A stretch of 64,000 nucleotides of DNA from an uncultured bacterium (GTDB taxonomy: Bacteria; Zixibacteria; MSB-5A5; GN15; FEB-12), in the NCBI GenBank assembly GCA_965372795.1, contig CBDVDR010000007.1, forward strand, positions 64,001 through 128,000, written 5' to 3'. The notes under the pieces are model-generated. The model was not told the DNA's origin and did no database searches. It saw only the letters and a list, made by a program, of their open reading frames with translations. The position numbers and the translations under genes are program-made. Each line of letters starts with the position of its first letter. Positions within the stretch are counted from its first letter, which is position 1. Of the stretch, positions 29,789-40,507 are shown in pieces.

Positions 29789-29818
29789 AAAAAAAGCGGC
29801 ACTAAAAATAGTACCGCT
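29789..29818 (-). terminator. Rho-independent terminator
   Basis: Minus strand AGCGGTACTA-TTTT-TAGTGCCGC followed by a T-run. Confidence 0.75.
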
Positions 29819-29846
29819 CAATTATTCGATTTTAAAATAATTTTTA

Positions 29847-30320
29847 TTATTCAGAAGGAATGCGATATAACTGAATTTCTTTAAATAAACCATCAATATA
29901 TTGAGTTAATCTAAGAGTATCTGAGTTACCTTGTCTAATCAAAGAAAACTCACCTTTTGGGTTTGTACTTTCTTCACAAGCATTACAACCGGCTTTTTCA
30001 TCAGGAATGCTATGAAGCTGATTCAACAATATACCTTCACTAAGATTATATCTTCCATCAACACGACAAATACACCAGTCAGCATTAAATACTTCACTTG
30101 TATCAATCTGCATGACGTAGGTTGAGTCAGTGAATATCCAGGTAATAGTCTGTAATTTTTCAGTAGAATTACTACTGCCAAAATCAGATGTCACAGCATA
30201 AGTACCGACAAAATTGCCTTTTAATTCAGACTCTGATTCCAAAATAATATCGCTTGAACAACCAATAATTAGTGCGTATAAAACGCCAAAACACAATCCA
30301 AGAAGGAACAACTTTTTCAT
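29847..30320 (-). CDS. Hypothetical lipoprotein
   Basis: AGGAG RBS; lipobox LIIGC; CxC and CxxC pairs. Confidence 0.7.
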   Translation of the reverse strand: MKKLFLLGLCFGVLYALIIGCSSDIILESESELKGNFVGTYAVTSDFGSSNSTEKLQTITWIFTDSTYVMQIDTSEVFNADWCICRVDGRYNLSEGILLNQLHSIPDEKAGCNACEESTNPKGEFSLIRQGNSDTLRLTQYIDGLFKEIQLYRIPSE

Positions 30321-30665
30321 CTAATAATCTCCTATGTTTCCAAGATGGACAATATACTTACCGGATATAGATTGCACAACCCCAAAATAGAAATATTCAT
30401 AGTTATAGACGGATTATTTCAAATCTTTGTCAAATTTTGGGGTTTAATAATTTAAATGAATTAATCACATTCGTAGAATATTTTATCTATACTATTAAAT
30501 TAATTTTAAGCAAAAAATCAAAAATCGAACCTGAGATGTAACTCTTTAGCTATAAGGGCATTATAAGAGGCGTGGAGGTGCTAATGGTTCGACAAAGAGG
30601 ACTATTAAATTCTACTTTTAAAATTGTGACTATTGACAAATTAAGATTATATATTATAATTTATT

Positions 30666-30737
30666 GAAGTTTGCCGGTGGTCTTACGTAGGAACTTCCCC
30701 TCTGTTTCTAAACCTCCATTGGTAAGCTTCTTTTTTT
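30666..30737 (+). ncRNA. Candidate small RNA (~72 nt)
   Basis: TTGACA-N16-TATAAT at 30633-30660; 15-bp closing stem with 4 G.U pairs; inner 7-bp hairpin with C-rich loop; 3' T7. Confidence 0.55.
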
Positions 30738-30738
30738 G

Positions 30739-31143
30739 TTAAAACTTACTATTCCCTGTTTCAATTTCATACCCGGCATTTTTCCAGGCAATAATTCCAC
30801 CCACTACATTGGAGACGTTGGTATATCCAATTGAAACAAGATATCGGGTAATAATTCCACTTCTTCTTCCCGAGCGACAGAACAGATAAATTTCGGTTTC
30901 TTTATCTTTAGGGAGCCTATCGAGATTTTCTTCAATTTTATCGTGAGAAATTAAATCATCTGTAAAAGACAGATGCCCTTCAATGAATTCCGGTTCAGTG
31001 CGAACATCAATCACATAAATTTCTCGTCCGGATTCAGATATTTCTTTTAACTGGGTGACAGAGATCGATGATGAAGTGTCACTTTCTGAACATCCAAAGG
31101 TTAAAATTCCTATGGTTGCCAAAAAACTTGCAAATTTTCTCAT
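30739..31143 (-). CDS. Rhodanese-domain lipoprotein
   Basis: Lipobox LTFGC; DVRT..EF..GH, CRSGRRS, GG..AW. Confidence 0.88.
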   Translation of the reverse strand: MRKFASFLATIGILTFGCSESDTSSSISVTQLKEISESGREIYVIDVRTEPEFIEGHLSFTDDLISHDKIEENLDRLPKDKETEIYLFCRSGRRSGIITRYLVSIGYTNVSNVVGGIIAWKNAGYEIETGNSKF

Positions 31144-31156
31144 ATTCGACTTTTTC

Positions 31157-31627
31157 CTAATTTTCATTTGGTATTGCTTTAAATGTGTAAATTTTCCATT
31201 TCCCGTTCAATTTGTGGAGACCAAATTTGGATAAATAGCCTTTTGAACTTTTTTTATCTATAAATGACACTTCAACGGTCGCTGTTTCACCGAAATTCTC
31301 AACATTACCGATAATTCTCTGGTATGAGAACCATCTGGTTTTAGTTAAGCCATCCTCGGTTAAATCTTCAAGGAGTTGTTGAGGAGAGGTAAATACCCTC
31401 GGTTCATCATCGCTATGAAAGGCATAGTCCTCGGTAATATTTTTCATTAATTCGGCTAGATCTAAAAAGTGCGTTAAAGCAGCTTTATCATCCTTTTCCA
31501 TCGCTCCAAAGAAACTGATAACTGTTTTTTTGGGATCATCAGATCCAGAGTCAGAACAACCCGGTGCAAAAATCAACAAACAGAGCATCAGAGTAATTGC
31601 GCCTAACAATGATTGTTTAGTAAACAT
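31157..31627 (-). CDS. Hypothetical lipoprotein (NTF2/DUF4878-like)
   Basis: Lipobox APGC; C-terminal NGKWKI. Confidence 0.6.
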   Translation of the reverse strand: MFTKQSLLGAITLMLCLLIFAPGCSDSGSDDPKKTVISFFGAMEKDDKAALTHFLDLAELMKNITEDYAFHSDDEPRVFTSPQQLLEDLTEDGLTKTRWFSYQRIIGNVENFGETATVEVSFIDKKSSKGYLSKFGLHKLNGKWKIYTFKAIPNEN

Positions 31628-31628
31628 T

Positions 31629-32594
31629 TTACATACTACCTGTTAAAGTTATTCGGTGGCTGTCACCAAGATCGGCTCCGGGTGAAAATGAATAAGAAAC
31701 TTGCATATTTCTAACATCGAATCCAAACCCTAATGAAAGTCCGGCAAGATTATCTTCTGAACCTTCAGCCACATAATTCGATCCGAAACTATTCCATCCC
31801 AGCCTGAAATAAATCGGTTCCAATTCATAATATTCAGCTCCAATTGCAAAGACAATATCATTATCAACCGGGATAATCAGATCAGATGAAAGCTGAACCG
31901 GCAGACCTCGCGGCTTAATGGCAATTCCCGTTCTAACCGTAAGAGGCATCCGATATTTTTCATCTCCAAAGCCAGATAATTGTTTGCCAAGGTTTTGAAT
32001 CATGATACCGGCAGTAAATTTTTCACGGTCACCAATATATTTAGCACCCAGATCAATAGCAAATCCGGCAGCTGAATATTTTTGAATTTTTTCATAGATA
32101 GCTTTTATTGTAATACCGCCAGCATAGTTATAATTAAACCGGTAAGCTAACGTTGCGGCTCCCATTAAGTCGCCACCTGAGAAATCACCGGTGACTTCTC
32201 CGAAACGATTAGCCTCGGTAAATTTTCCGTAATTTAAATAAGAAAGATATCCGCCAAACGTCATTTTCTCATTAATAGTTCTTATGTACCCTGCAAACCC
32301 TGATTGTATATCAGTAAAATAATTATGATAACCAATAATATAACGGCTTTCCTGTTCAAAAGTAACAATCCCGGCGGGATTGTAGTACAGAGAAGCTTCA
32401 TCATCAGCTAATCCCGTAAACGCCCCACCCATAGCTACCGCACGGGCACTAATATTAATTTTTAAAAATGGAAAAGCACTGGTGCCAGCTTTTTCGTGGA
32501 TATCGTCACCATCTTGAGCAGAAATATTTGATATGCCAATAAATGAAATCAGAAATAAGCATATAAAAATCGAGAACATCAAATTTCGTATCAT
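31629..32594 (-). CDS. PorV/PorQ family outer membrane beta-barrel protein
   Basis: FLKI..SARAVAMGGA, YYNPAG, DLG, IQNLG motifs; signal peptide from ATG 32594. Confidence 0.8.
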   Translation of the reverse strand: MIRNLMFSIFICLFLISFIGISNISAQDGDDIHEKAGTSAFPFLKINISARAVAMGGAFTGLADDEASLYYNPAGIVTFEQESRYIIGYHNYFTDIQSGFAGYIRTINEKMTFGGYLSYLNYGKFTEANRFGEVTGDFSGGDLMGAATLAYRFNYNYAGGITIKAIYEKIQKYSAAGFAIDLGAKYIGDREKFTAGIMIQNLGKQLSGFGDEKYRMPLTVRTGIAIKPRGLPVQLSSDLIIPVDNDIVFAIGAEYYELEPIYFRLGWNSFGSNYVAEGSEDNLAGLSLGFGFDVRNMQVSYSFSPGADLGDSHRITLTGSM

Positions 32595-32680
32595 ACAGTT
32601 TCCTTTAAAATTATGATGACCAATATCACCATCAAATATCAATTTAATCTAAAAAAATAAATATTAGTTACAAATAAAAA

Positions 32681-33175
32681 TTACCAGCTTTTAGTCGTTT
32701 TATTTATAATATTTTCAATTAACAAAAATATTACTTTTTCCTGGCCATCTTCTTCGGTCTCACTGATCACATCATAAATTCCGACATGGTTCATTTTTTC
32801 CCGCCAGATTTCACTATCATCAGACGGTTTTTTTAGGACAATTTCAAAATCCATTTCTAGTTTGTATTCCTGTACCTGATCATTCTGGTCAAATGAATGA
32901 GGTTTTCGGGCATATCGGATTAAATCTCCGATCAAAATCCCTTCGGCATCATCAATAGGCAGAATTTTGAAAGTTCCGTCAGATATAAAGGCATCGATGA
33001 TTTCATCAGTTATTCGGTCAGTCAATCCATACTCGGAGGTTTTATTTTCAAATCTTTGAATCGCAATAGATGTGATGGTTGCTTTACCTTTTGGATTAAA
33101 AGTATATACACTACATCCCAGCGTTAAGATAATTATTCCTGCCAGAATCAGATTTATAAAAGAATATTTTTTCAT
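32681..33175 (-). CDS. lptE: LptE-family lipoprotein
   Basis: Lipobox LTLGC then Y.F; I..FENKT..YGL; C-terminal W, as in FCB-type LptE. Confidence 0.65.
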   Translation of the reverse strand: MKKYSFINLILAGIIILTLGCSVYTFNPKGKATITSIAIQRFENKTSEYGLTDRITDEIIDAFISDGTFKILPIDDAEGILIGDLIRYARKPHSFDQNDQVQEYKLEMDFEIVLKKPSDDSEIWREKMNHVGIYDVISETEEDGQEKVIFLLIENIINKTTKSW

Positions 33176-33215
33176 TACATATTAAACCACAATATCGGAC
33201 TGTCGTTCCAGAATA

Positions 33216-34487
33216 TTAATTACTCAGAATCTCTTTGCCCTTTTTAACAACCGTTCTTACTAAATTGACCGCATAATGATACGGCAACTCTCGGTAATCT
33301 TCCATATCCCAGATAACCAGATCAGCCTGCAAGCCTTCCTCAAGCTGTCCGATTTTCCCCTGTCGATCAATTGCATAGGCAGCATTAACCGTCACTGCGC
33401 TAATAGCTTCTGCGGCTGTCATCTTAAGTTGTAACGAGGCGATTGAGATTATAAATGGCAGTGATTCAGTATAACTTGAGCCGGGATTACAATCGGTTGA
33501 CAAGGCAACAATAACACCCTCTTCGATCATTTTACGAGCCCGGGCATATCGGTTGGATCCAAGCGAGAAAGTTGTGCCCGGAAGAAGAACCGCGGCTGTC
33601 TTTGATTTTGCCATTGCTTTGATTCCGGCATCCGAGGCGTAAACAACATGATCGGCCGACCGAGCGCTCATTGAGGCGGCAAGTTCGGCGGCTCCGAATC
33701 CATCTACAAGCTCATCAGCATGAAATTTTAGTTTCAAACCGGCATCTTTGGCAACTTGTTGAATTTTTCTGGATTCCTCAATTTCAAAAACGCCTTTATC
33801 ACAGAATATATCAGAGAATTCAGCCAGCTTTTCGCTGACAACTTTTGGAATCATTTCATTTATAATGAGATCGATATATTCAGAACGCTTGTCCCGATAT
33901 TCATCAGGGACTTCATGAGCCCCTAAAAAAGTCGGAATCAAATCAATTGGATGAATCAGATCGAGATTACGGATTACTTCAAGCTGTTTTATTTCTGACT
34001 CGGTAGATAAACCATATCCGGATTTTGCCTCAATTGTTGTAATTCCATAAGAGAGCAACCGATCAAGGCGATCTTTGGTTTTATCTTGAAGAGTTTGGAT
34101 GTCGGTTTTCCTAAGGTCTCTGACAGATGCGCGAATTCCTCCGCCTGAATCGGCAATCTCCATATAGGATTTGCCTTGATTTCGCATTTCAAATTCATTT
34201 TCACGGGTCATGGAAAAAACCGGATGAGTATGAGGGTCTATTAAGCCGGGAGTAACGACTCCGCCTTTGGCATCAATAACAATACAGCCTTCCGCAAGAT
34301 TAACTTTACCTTCAACTTCATCAGAACTGCCGACGGCAAGAATTTCTTCACCGGCAGCCGCGACACCACCATTTTTAATTAACCCAAGTTCGTTCATTGC
34401 TGAACCGATACGGGGTGAAGGACCTGCCAGAGTCAGCAGTTGTCCTATATTTTTAATAAGAAGGGTAGCGTTTTTATTTATGGACAT
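33216..34487 (-). CDS. hutI: Imidazolonepropionase
   Basis: PGLIDPHTH, EAKSGYGL, LGAH, HADE, STDCNPG. Confidence 0.96.
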   Translation of the reverse strand: MSINKNATLLIKNIGQLLTLAGPSPRIGSAMNELGLIKNGGVAAAGEEILAVGSSDEVEGKVNLAEGCIVIDAKGGVVTPGLIDPHTHPVFSMTRENEFEMRNQGKSYMEIADSGGGIRASVRDLRKTDIQTLQDKTKDRLDRLLSYGITTIEAKSGYGLSTESEIKQLEVIRNLDLIHPIDLIPTFLGAHEVPDEYRDKRSEYIDLIINEMIPKVVSEKLAEFSDIFCDKGVFEIEESRKIQQVAKDAGLKLKFHADELVDGFGAAELAASMSARSADHVVYASDAGIKAMAKSKTAAVLLPGTTFSLGSNRYARARKMIEEGVIVALSTDCNPGSSYTESLPFIISIASLQLKMTAAEAISAVTVNAAYAIDRQGKIGQLEEGLQADLVIWDMEDYRELPYHYAVNLVRTVVKKGKEILSN

Positions 34488-34508
34488 ACAATTAATTTCA
34501 ATTCAATA

Positions 34509-36161
34509 TTATTTCATCATTGGAATTTTAATTTTATTCTTCTTGGCAAATTTCTTTGCTTCCGGATATCCGGCGTCTACATGTCTCATCACTCCGGTTC
34601 CAGGATCATTGGTTAAAACACGATTGATTCGTTTGCCCATTTCTTCGGTGCCATCGGCAACAACAACCATCCCGGCATGGATCGAATTACCGATACCAAC
34701 TCCGCCGCCATGATGAATGGAAACCCAACTTGCCCCGGAAATAGCATTCAGCATACCATTTAATAATGGCCAATCAGCAATAGCATCCGAGCCATCGAGC
34801 ATATTTTCAGTTTCACGGTTTGGAGAAGCAACCGAACCGCAATCGAGATGGTCACGTCCTATCACGATTGGGGCAGATAATTTACCTTTTTTAACATAGT
34901 CGTTAATAATTTCACCGAACTTTGCGCGTTCACCGTATCCAAGCCAGCAGATTCTTGAGGGAAGTCCCTGAAATGGAATTTTTTCCGCGGCTAAATCCAT
35001 CCAGCGCATCAGTAATTTATTATATGAAAATTGTTCTTTAACAATCTTGTCAGTAATATAAATATCTTTGGGATCGCCTGATAAGGCTGCCCAGCGGAAA
35101 GGACCTTTTCCTTCGCAGAAGAGCGGCCGGATATATTCCGGTACAAATCCGGGATAATCAAACGCATTTTTCAAACCTCCGGTTTTAGCCTGACCGCGAA
35201 GATTATTGCCATAGTCAAAAACAACCGAACCGGCTTTTTTAAATTTGATCATAGCATCACAATGCTTGACCATCGATTCATATGATCGAGTAATATATTC
35301 ACGAGGATTTTTCTTGCGCAATTTTTTTGCTTCAATAACAGTAAAGCCTTCGGGGATATAACCATTAAGTTCATCATGGGCAGAAGTTTGATCGGTGACA
35401 ATATCAGGAATAATACCCCGTCTGAAAATTTCAAGAAATATTTCAGCACAATTGCCAACTAAACCGATAGAAATAGGTTCGCCTGATTTGGTATGTTCTT
35501 TTATAAGTTTAAGAGCCTTATCAAGTGTCTTAACTTTGACATCCACAAAGCCCTGTTTTATTCTTCTTGAAATGCGAGTTTCGTCAACTTCTACAACTAA
35601 AATCGAAGCCCCGGACATTGTTCCGGCAAGCGGTTGAGCGGCGCCCATCCCTCCCATGCCACCGGTGAGAATCCAGCGACCGGTTAAGTCACCTTTGAAA
35701 TGTTTTTTAGCTAAAGAGGCAAAAGTTTCAAAAGTACCCTGAATAATTCCCTGAGTTCCAATATAAATCCAGCTTCCGGCGGTCATCTGACCATACATTA
35801 TTAAACCCATTTTTTCATACTGACGGAATTTATCCCAGGTTGCCCATGCGGGCACAAGATGAGAATTGGCAATTATTACGCGGGGAGTGTATTCGTGAGT
35901 TTGGAAAATGCCGACTGGTTTACCTGATTGTACCAGAAGAGTTTCATCATTTTTCAAAGATTTGAGAGATTTGACAATTGCGTTATAAGATTCCCAGTTA
36001 CGGGCAGCTTTTCCAGAACCTCCGTAAATAATAAGTTCTTTAGGATTTTCGGCAACTTCAGGATCGAGATTATTATTCAACATGCGCAGGGCAGCCTCTT
36101 GATGCCAACCTTGACAAGAAAGCTTTAAACCATGAGCAGCTTTGACGACTTTAGGCTTCAT
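34509..36161 (-). CDS. hutU: Urocanate hydratase
   Basis: [39 protein letters not shown]. Confidence 0.98.
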   Translation of the reverse strand: MKPKVVKAAHGLKLSCQGWHQEAALRMLNNNLDPEVAENPKELIIYGGSGKAARNWESYNAIVKSLKSLKNDETLLVQSGKPVGIFQTHEYTPRVIIANSHLVPAWATWDKFRQYEKMGLIMYGQMTAGSWIYIGTQGIIQGTFETFASLAKKHFKGDLTGRWILTGGMGGMGAAQPLAGTMSGASILVVEVDETRISRRIKQGFVDVKVKTLDKALKLIKEHTKSGEPISIGLVGNCAEIFLEIFRRGIIPDIVTDQTSAHDELNGYIPEGFTVIEAKKLRKKNPREYITRSYESMVKHCDAMIKFKKAGSVVFDYGNNLRGQAKTGGLKNAFDYPGFVPEYIRPLFCEGKGPFRWAALSGDPKDIYITDKIVKEQFSYNKLLMRWMDLAAEKIPFQGLPSRICWLGYGERAKFGEIINDYVKKGKLSAPIVIGRDHLDCGSVASPNRETENMLDGSDAIADWPLLNGMLNAISGASWVSIHHGGGVGIGNSIHAGMVVVADGTEEMGKRINRVLTNDPGTGVMRHVDAGYPEAKKFAKKNKIKIPMMK

Positions 36162-36359
36162 GTACGAACTCCTTCATTATAATTGTCCAAATATATGCAG
36201 GTTGTTCAGTTATGTCAATCAGTGAGTTTTAGACTTGAAAGAAACAGTCAAATTCAACAGATATAGTCTAATATCTGATTTAAGTTGATAAGATATGAAT
36301 AATCCAATATGATGAAGCGAAACGGGATTTTCCGTATTATTTAGATTTTTGGGGCAAAG

Positions 36360-36920
36360 ATGAATAAAAGCATGAACATCAGTATCAACTTAAGGCCACT
36401 CAAAAATTCCGATGCAGAACAAATCGCCCAAAACTTAAAAGACCGCAATGTAACCCGTTATACATTTATCCCTCACCCATACACAATAGATGATGCTTAC
36501 AGTTTTTTAAAAAGAGTCAAAAAAGAGAGTAAAAAACAAACTTCGGCCGTTTTGGCAATCGCCTTAAAAGAGAATAATGAAATTATCGGTGCGGTTGGTT
36601 TTCATAACATCAATTTTAAAGATAAAAACGCCGAAATGGGTTACTGGCTTTCAAAAAAATACTGGGGTAAAGGAGTAGTTTCAAAAGCTGTTCAAATGGC
36701 GCTTGATTACGGGTTCAAAGAGTTAAAACTTCGTCGTATTTATGCCTTTGTCTTTGAAATAAATTTAGCCTCGTCAAAGGTTCTTTTAAAAAACGGTTTT
36801 ATCCATGAAGGTACGATGAGAAAATCTGATTTTCATGGTAATCGCTGGCATAACAAACTTGCCTATGGGATTCTCAAAGAGGAATACCAAACTCAAACTA
36901 AAAAGAATCTAAGAAAATAA
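36360..36920 (+). CDS. RimJ/RimL family GNAT N-acetyltransferase
   Basis: AEMGYW..YWGKG, N.AS.KVL.KNGF..EG. Confidence 0.88.
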   Translation: MNKSMNISINLRPLKNSDAEQIAQNLKDRNVTRYTFIPHPYTIDDAYSFLKRVKKESKKQTSAVLAIALKENNEIIGAVGFHNINFKDKNAEMGYWLSKKYWGKGVVSKAVQMALDYGFKELKLRRIYAFVFEINLASSKVLLKNGFIHEGTMRKSDFHGNRWHNKLAYGILKEEYQTQTKKNLRK

Positions 36921-36924
36921 TTTT

Positions 36925-37482
36925 ATGGATTGTCCCAAACAGATAATTGGCAACCGAATTTTATTACGGATTCCTAAAAGATCTGATGCTGAGTTTATCT
37001 ATGAATATTGTACCGATAATTTAATGGGAAGATATGCTTTTTTAAAGTTTGATAGAACTCCGAAGGGTGCAGCAGGAATTATCAATCACAACCACAACGC
37101 TATTCGCAAGTCACAAGGATTCTTTTATACTATTGTTGATAAAAAAACAAAAGAGTTTATGGGCATGATCAATCTGCGTGATTTTGCTAAAACTCAAACC
37201 AATGCTGAGATTGGTTACTGGTTGGGGAGAAAATTCTGGGGGAAAAGTTATACTTCCGAAGCGGTGGGGTTGTTGCTTGATTTTGGATTTCGTAAAGCAA
37301 AACTAAAAAGAATCTTTGCCACCTGTTTTGAAAAGAATATGGGATCAAGAATAATCCTTGAAAAATTTAATTTTACTCATGAATCAACAGCCCGCAAACA
37401 TTGTTTCCACAGAGGTCGATGGCACAATATTCGGTTTTATGGATTATTAAAAGAGGAGTATCAAACTTTCGATTTTAATTAA
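36925..37482 (+). CDS. RimJ/RimL family GNAT N-acetyltransferase (tandem paralog)
   Basis: AEIGYW..FWGK, N.GS..ILEK; shared tail RWHN...YG.LKEEYQT. Confidence 0.85.
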   Translation: MDCPKQIIGNRILLRIPKRSDAEFIYEYCTDNLMGRYAFLKFDRTPKGAAGIINHNHNAIRKSQGFFYTIVDKKTKEFMGMINLRDFAKTQTNAEIGYWLGRKFWGKSYTSEAVGLLLDFGFRKAKLKRIFATCFEKNMGSRIILEKFNFTHESTARKHCFHRGRWHNIRFYGLLKEEYQTFDFN

Positions 37483-37732
37483 TACTTTCAAGAATAAAAC
37501 CACCAACAATACCTATTAGAATTAGCCAGGTTGAAACTTTTAAATATCTTAATCCTGATGGTGTGTATCTATCGCTTGTAGAAGATTGCCCCAGAAACCA
37601 AAATTTATAATTATACCATTTAATTGATGATCCATATTCGGTTAAATGACAGTTTGCCAATATTCGAAAAACAAGTCCTCCGATAATCAGTCCAATTACT
37701 AATAATTTTAATACTAATAGAAACAAAAACAT
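37475..37732 (-). CDS. Small two-TM hypothetical protein
   Basis: Two hydrophobic segments; no family recognised. Confidence 0.45.
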   Translation of the reverse strand: MFLFLLVLKLLVIGLIIGGLVFRILANCHLTEYGSSIKWYNYKFWFLGQSSTSDRYTPSGLRYLKVSTWLILIGIVGGFILESIN

Positions 37733-38001
37733 ACCCTATTAATTTGCTACAAATTTCAATAAAAATTATTTTTAAAAACAATAATTGATAGTTATTCTAA
37801 ATTACTTTTCATGTGTATTTCCGCTAACAATCTAACTATAAATAGGTTATCGTCAAGTATAAATTCCTGAGGTTAAGCCACATTCATTTGTCATTAAAAG
37901 AAAAAATTTACTCCTTGTATCTGAATGTAAATTATTCTATCTTCCGGCGCTGTAAATTTGCAGTAGATTAATTTTTTATTTGATTGCGAAGCACTTATTT
38001 T

Positions 38002-40503
38002 ATGAAACAACTTCTTGAACGAAAATTTTTCCCTTTTGTAATAAAACCGGGTAGATACTCAGGTTTCGAGCTTGGTCAGATAGTTAAAGACCCTGAAGGC
38101 AGAACCAAATACCTTCATGCTTTTCCAGAAAAATATGAAATCGGACAGGCTTATTTAGGGCTTCAAACAATCTATCATATCATTAACACCGATGACCGTT
38201 TTTTATGTGAACGGGTTTTTGCAATGGACAAAGACGCCGAAGAGGTGATGCGAAAAAATAATATCCCTCTTTTTTCTCTGGAGTCATATCGCGCTGCAAA
38301 AGATTTTGATGTTATCGGCTTTACATTATCATACGAACTTGTCGCAACCAATATGCTCCAGATGCTTGACCTTGCGGGCATACCCCTTCATTCGAAAGAC
38401 CGCGATGAATCTGACCCGATAATTATGGCTGGCGGACCGACCGTATACAATCCTGAACCATTTGCAGATTTTATTGATATCTTTTTTATTGGCGACGCAG
38501 AAGAAGGTCTTCTGGAAATGCTTTCCATTATTCATGAAATGAAAGGGAAGCCAAGAGAATTAATTATTGAAACAATTGTCCGACAGGTCAAATCGGTTTA
38601 CGCCCCCCGATTCTATGATGCGGATAATAAACCTATTGTTGATTTTGCTCCCGAACAGGTTGAAGCTCGTATTATACGGGATTTAAAAAAGGAATTTTAT
38701 CCCACTCAGCCGATTGTTCCTTTTATAGATGTCGCACATAATTTCCTTAGTGTTGAAATTATGCGTGGGTGTCCTCAAGGATGCAGATTTTGTCAGGCAG
38801 GTCCGATCTATCGTCCGGTAAGATTCCGTAAACAAGAAGATATCATCGAACAAGTCGAGACGCAACTTGCCCATACCGGTTATCAAGAAGTCACCCTGCT
38901 TTCACTATCTACTTCAGATTATCCTGAGATTGAGAAACTGGCAACAACCATATCAAGACGTCTGGCTCCAAAACGAGCCTCAATCGCACTGCCATCATTA
39001 AGACCGGAAACAATTAGCTCCGGTTTACTTGATGCGATAACAAGGGTTCGTAAAGTAGGATTAACGCTGGCACCCGAAGCCGGCACCGAACGACTTCGAT
39101 TATTTCTGCGTAAAGATTTCCCTGATGAAGCAATTTATGATACAATTCGGCTGGCGTATGAAAAGGGCTGGACGACAATTAAGCTCTATTTTATGCTGGG
39201 TTTGCCTACTGAAACCAAAGAAGACCTGATCGGAATTTGTAATATTATCCGAAAAATTTATGAGATGGGCAGACGCTATCAAGGAAGAAAAACGATCAAC
39301 GTCACTCTATCACCTTTTTCTGCAAAACCTCATACTCCGTTTCAATGGGATGAAATTAGCAATGTTGAACCGATTTTGAAAAAAATATATTTCATTAAAA
39401 ACAATTGTCGTTTTAATAATGTGAATTTCAAATATAACAGTGCTGAAATGAATATCCTTCAAGGCGTAATCGGACGCGGTAGTCGAGCCTTTGGCAAAGT
39501 CATTTATGAAGCCTTCCAAAAGGGCTGTCGTTTTGACGGGTGGACGGAAGATTTTAACTGGGAAGTTTGGAAAAGTTCTTTTGAAGAAAATGGAATTGCC
39601 ATAGAAGATATGCTTAAACCTATTCCCTTTTCACAGAAACTTCCCTGGTCAATAATTAAAAAAGGGGTTTCAACCGAACATCTCAAAAATGAACGACAAA
39701 GAACTTCAGTCCAGCTTAAAGAATATGTCCCCCGAGTGAATACTAAGTCTGAAGATGACAACGATGAATCGTCCTCTATTCAATACGGGCGTTCAAATAA
39801 GAAAGTTGCTTCTCGAAATCTGGCTGCCCCAACAAAAAATATGGTTAGGATTCAATGGGGTCGAACTAAAAAACTAAAATATCTTTCCCATCTTGATAAT
39901 CTTCGTTTAATCGAGCGATCTTTAAGGCTTTCAAATGTTCCGGTCGCTTACAGTCAGGGGTTTAATCCCTCCATGAAACTTTCTTTTGGACCGCCGTTGT
40001 CGCTTGGGTTTACTTCGGAAACAGAATTTATTGATATTACTTTTGATACCAGTGTGATGCCGTACATGATTGAAGATCTTCAAAAAACATTGCCTGATGG
40101 AATGATGTTGATTAACTCTAAGATCATTCTTGCCAAAATTAAAACTCTTGGAGCTTTTTTGAATCGGGCAAAATATACACTCCCTTATAACGAATGTTTC
40201 ACAACCGAAGAAATTCAATCAAAAATTGATGAGATTATGAGCCGTGAGAGTATTTTATTTAACCGTAAGGGTAAAGATAAAATAAAAGAAGTTGATATCA
40301 GGGGTGGAATATTTGATTTATCTTTAGAAAATAATAATTTAGTTATGACGCTTGGTTTGGGTGAAGGAATTTATGTGCGTCCCACAGAAGTTGTAAAGCT
40401 TCTTGAAAACGATAATCAATTTGAGTACCTGTCTTTCAAACTTCACCGTAAAGAACTTTTCAGAGTTGAAGAAGATGGCGAAATAAAAAACCCAATGGAT
40501 TGA
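38002..40503 (+). CDS. B12-binding radical SAM protein (TIGR03960-like) fused to DUF2344 (TIGR03936-like)
   Basis: KPGRY, GGP..NPEP, CPQGCRFC, APEAGTERLR, KPHTPFQW; C-terminal YLSHLD, YSQGFNP. Confidence 0.9.
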   Translation: MKQLLERKFFPFVIKPGRYSGFELGQIVKDPEGRTKYLHAFPEKYEIGQAYLGLQTIYHIINTDDRFLCERVFAMDKDAEEVMRKNNIPLFSLESYRAAKDFDVIGFTLSYELVATNMLQMLDLAGIPLHSKDRDESDPIIMAGGPTVYNPEPFADFIDIFFIGDAEEGLLEMLSIIHEMKGKPRELIIETIVRQVKSVYAPRFYDADNKPIVDFAPEQVEARIIRDLKKEFYPTQPIVPFIDVAHNFLSVEIMRGCPQGCRFCQAGPIYRPVRFRKQEDIIEQVETQLAHTGYQEVTLLSLSTSDYPEIEKLATTISRRLAPKRASIALPSLRPETISSGLLDAITRVRKVGLTLAPEAGTERLRLFLRKDFPDEAIYDTIRLAYEKGWTTIKLYFMLGLPTETKEDLIGICNIIRKIYEMGRRYQGRKTINVTLSPFSAKPHTPFQWDEISNVEPILKKIYFIKNNCRFNNVNFKYNSAEMNILQGVIGRGSRAFGKVIYEAFQKGCRFDGWTEDFNWEVWKSSFEENGIAIEDMLKPIPFSQKLPWSIIKKGVSTEHLKNERQRTSVQLKEYVPRVNTKSEDDNDESSSIQYGRSNKKVASRNLAAPTKNMVRIQWGRTKKLKYLSHLDNLRLIERSLRLSNVPVAYSQGFNPSMKLSFGPPLSLGFTSETEFIDITFDTSVMPYMIEDLQKTLPDGMMLINSKIILAKIKTLGAFLNRAKYTLPYNECFTTEEIQSKIDEIMSRESILFNRKGKDKIKEVDIRGGIFDLSLENNNLVMTLGLGEGIYVRPTEVVKLLENDNQFEYLSFKLHRKELFRVEEDGEIKNPMD

Positions 40504-40507
40504 TAAA

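Noticed and set aside
30584..30667. 27-codon ORF with GGAGGT as a confident CDS
   Set aside because: SD spacing is only 4 nt and the ORF overlaps a consensus promoter; kept only as an alternative in the sRNA finding.
36360..37482. Tandem RimJ/RimL acetyltransferases as a novel system
   Set aside because: Local duplication in a very common family with no distinguishing context.
38002..40503. Radical SAM-DUF2344 fusion as a novelty
   Set aside because: These two families are commonly adjacent or fused in other bacteria.
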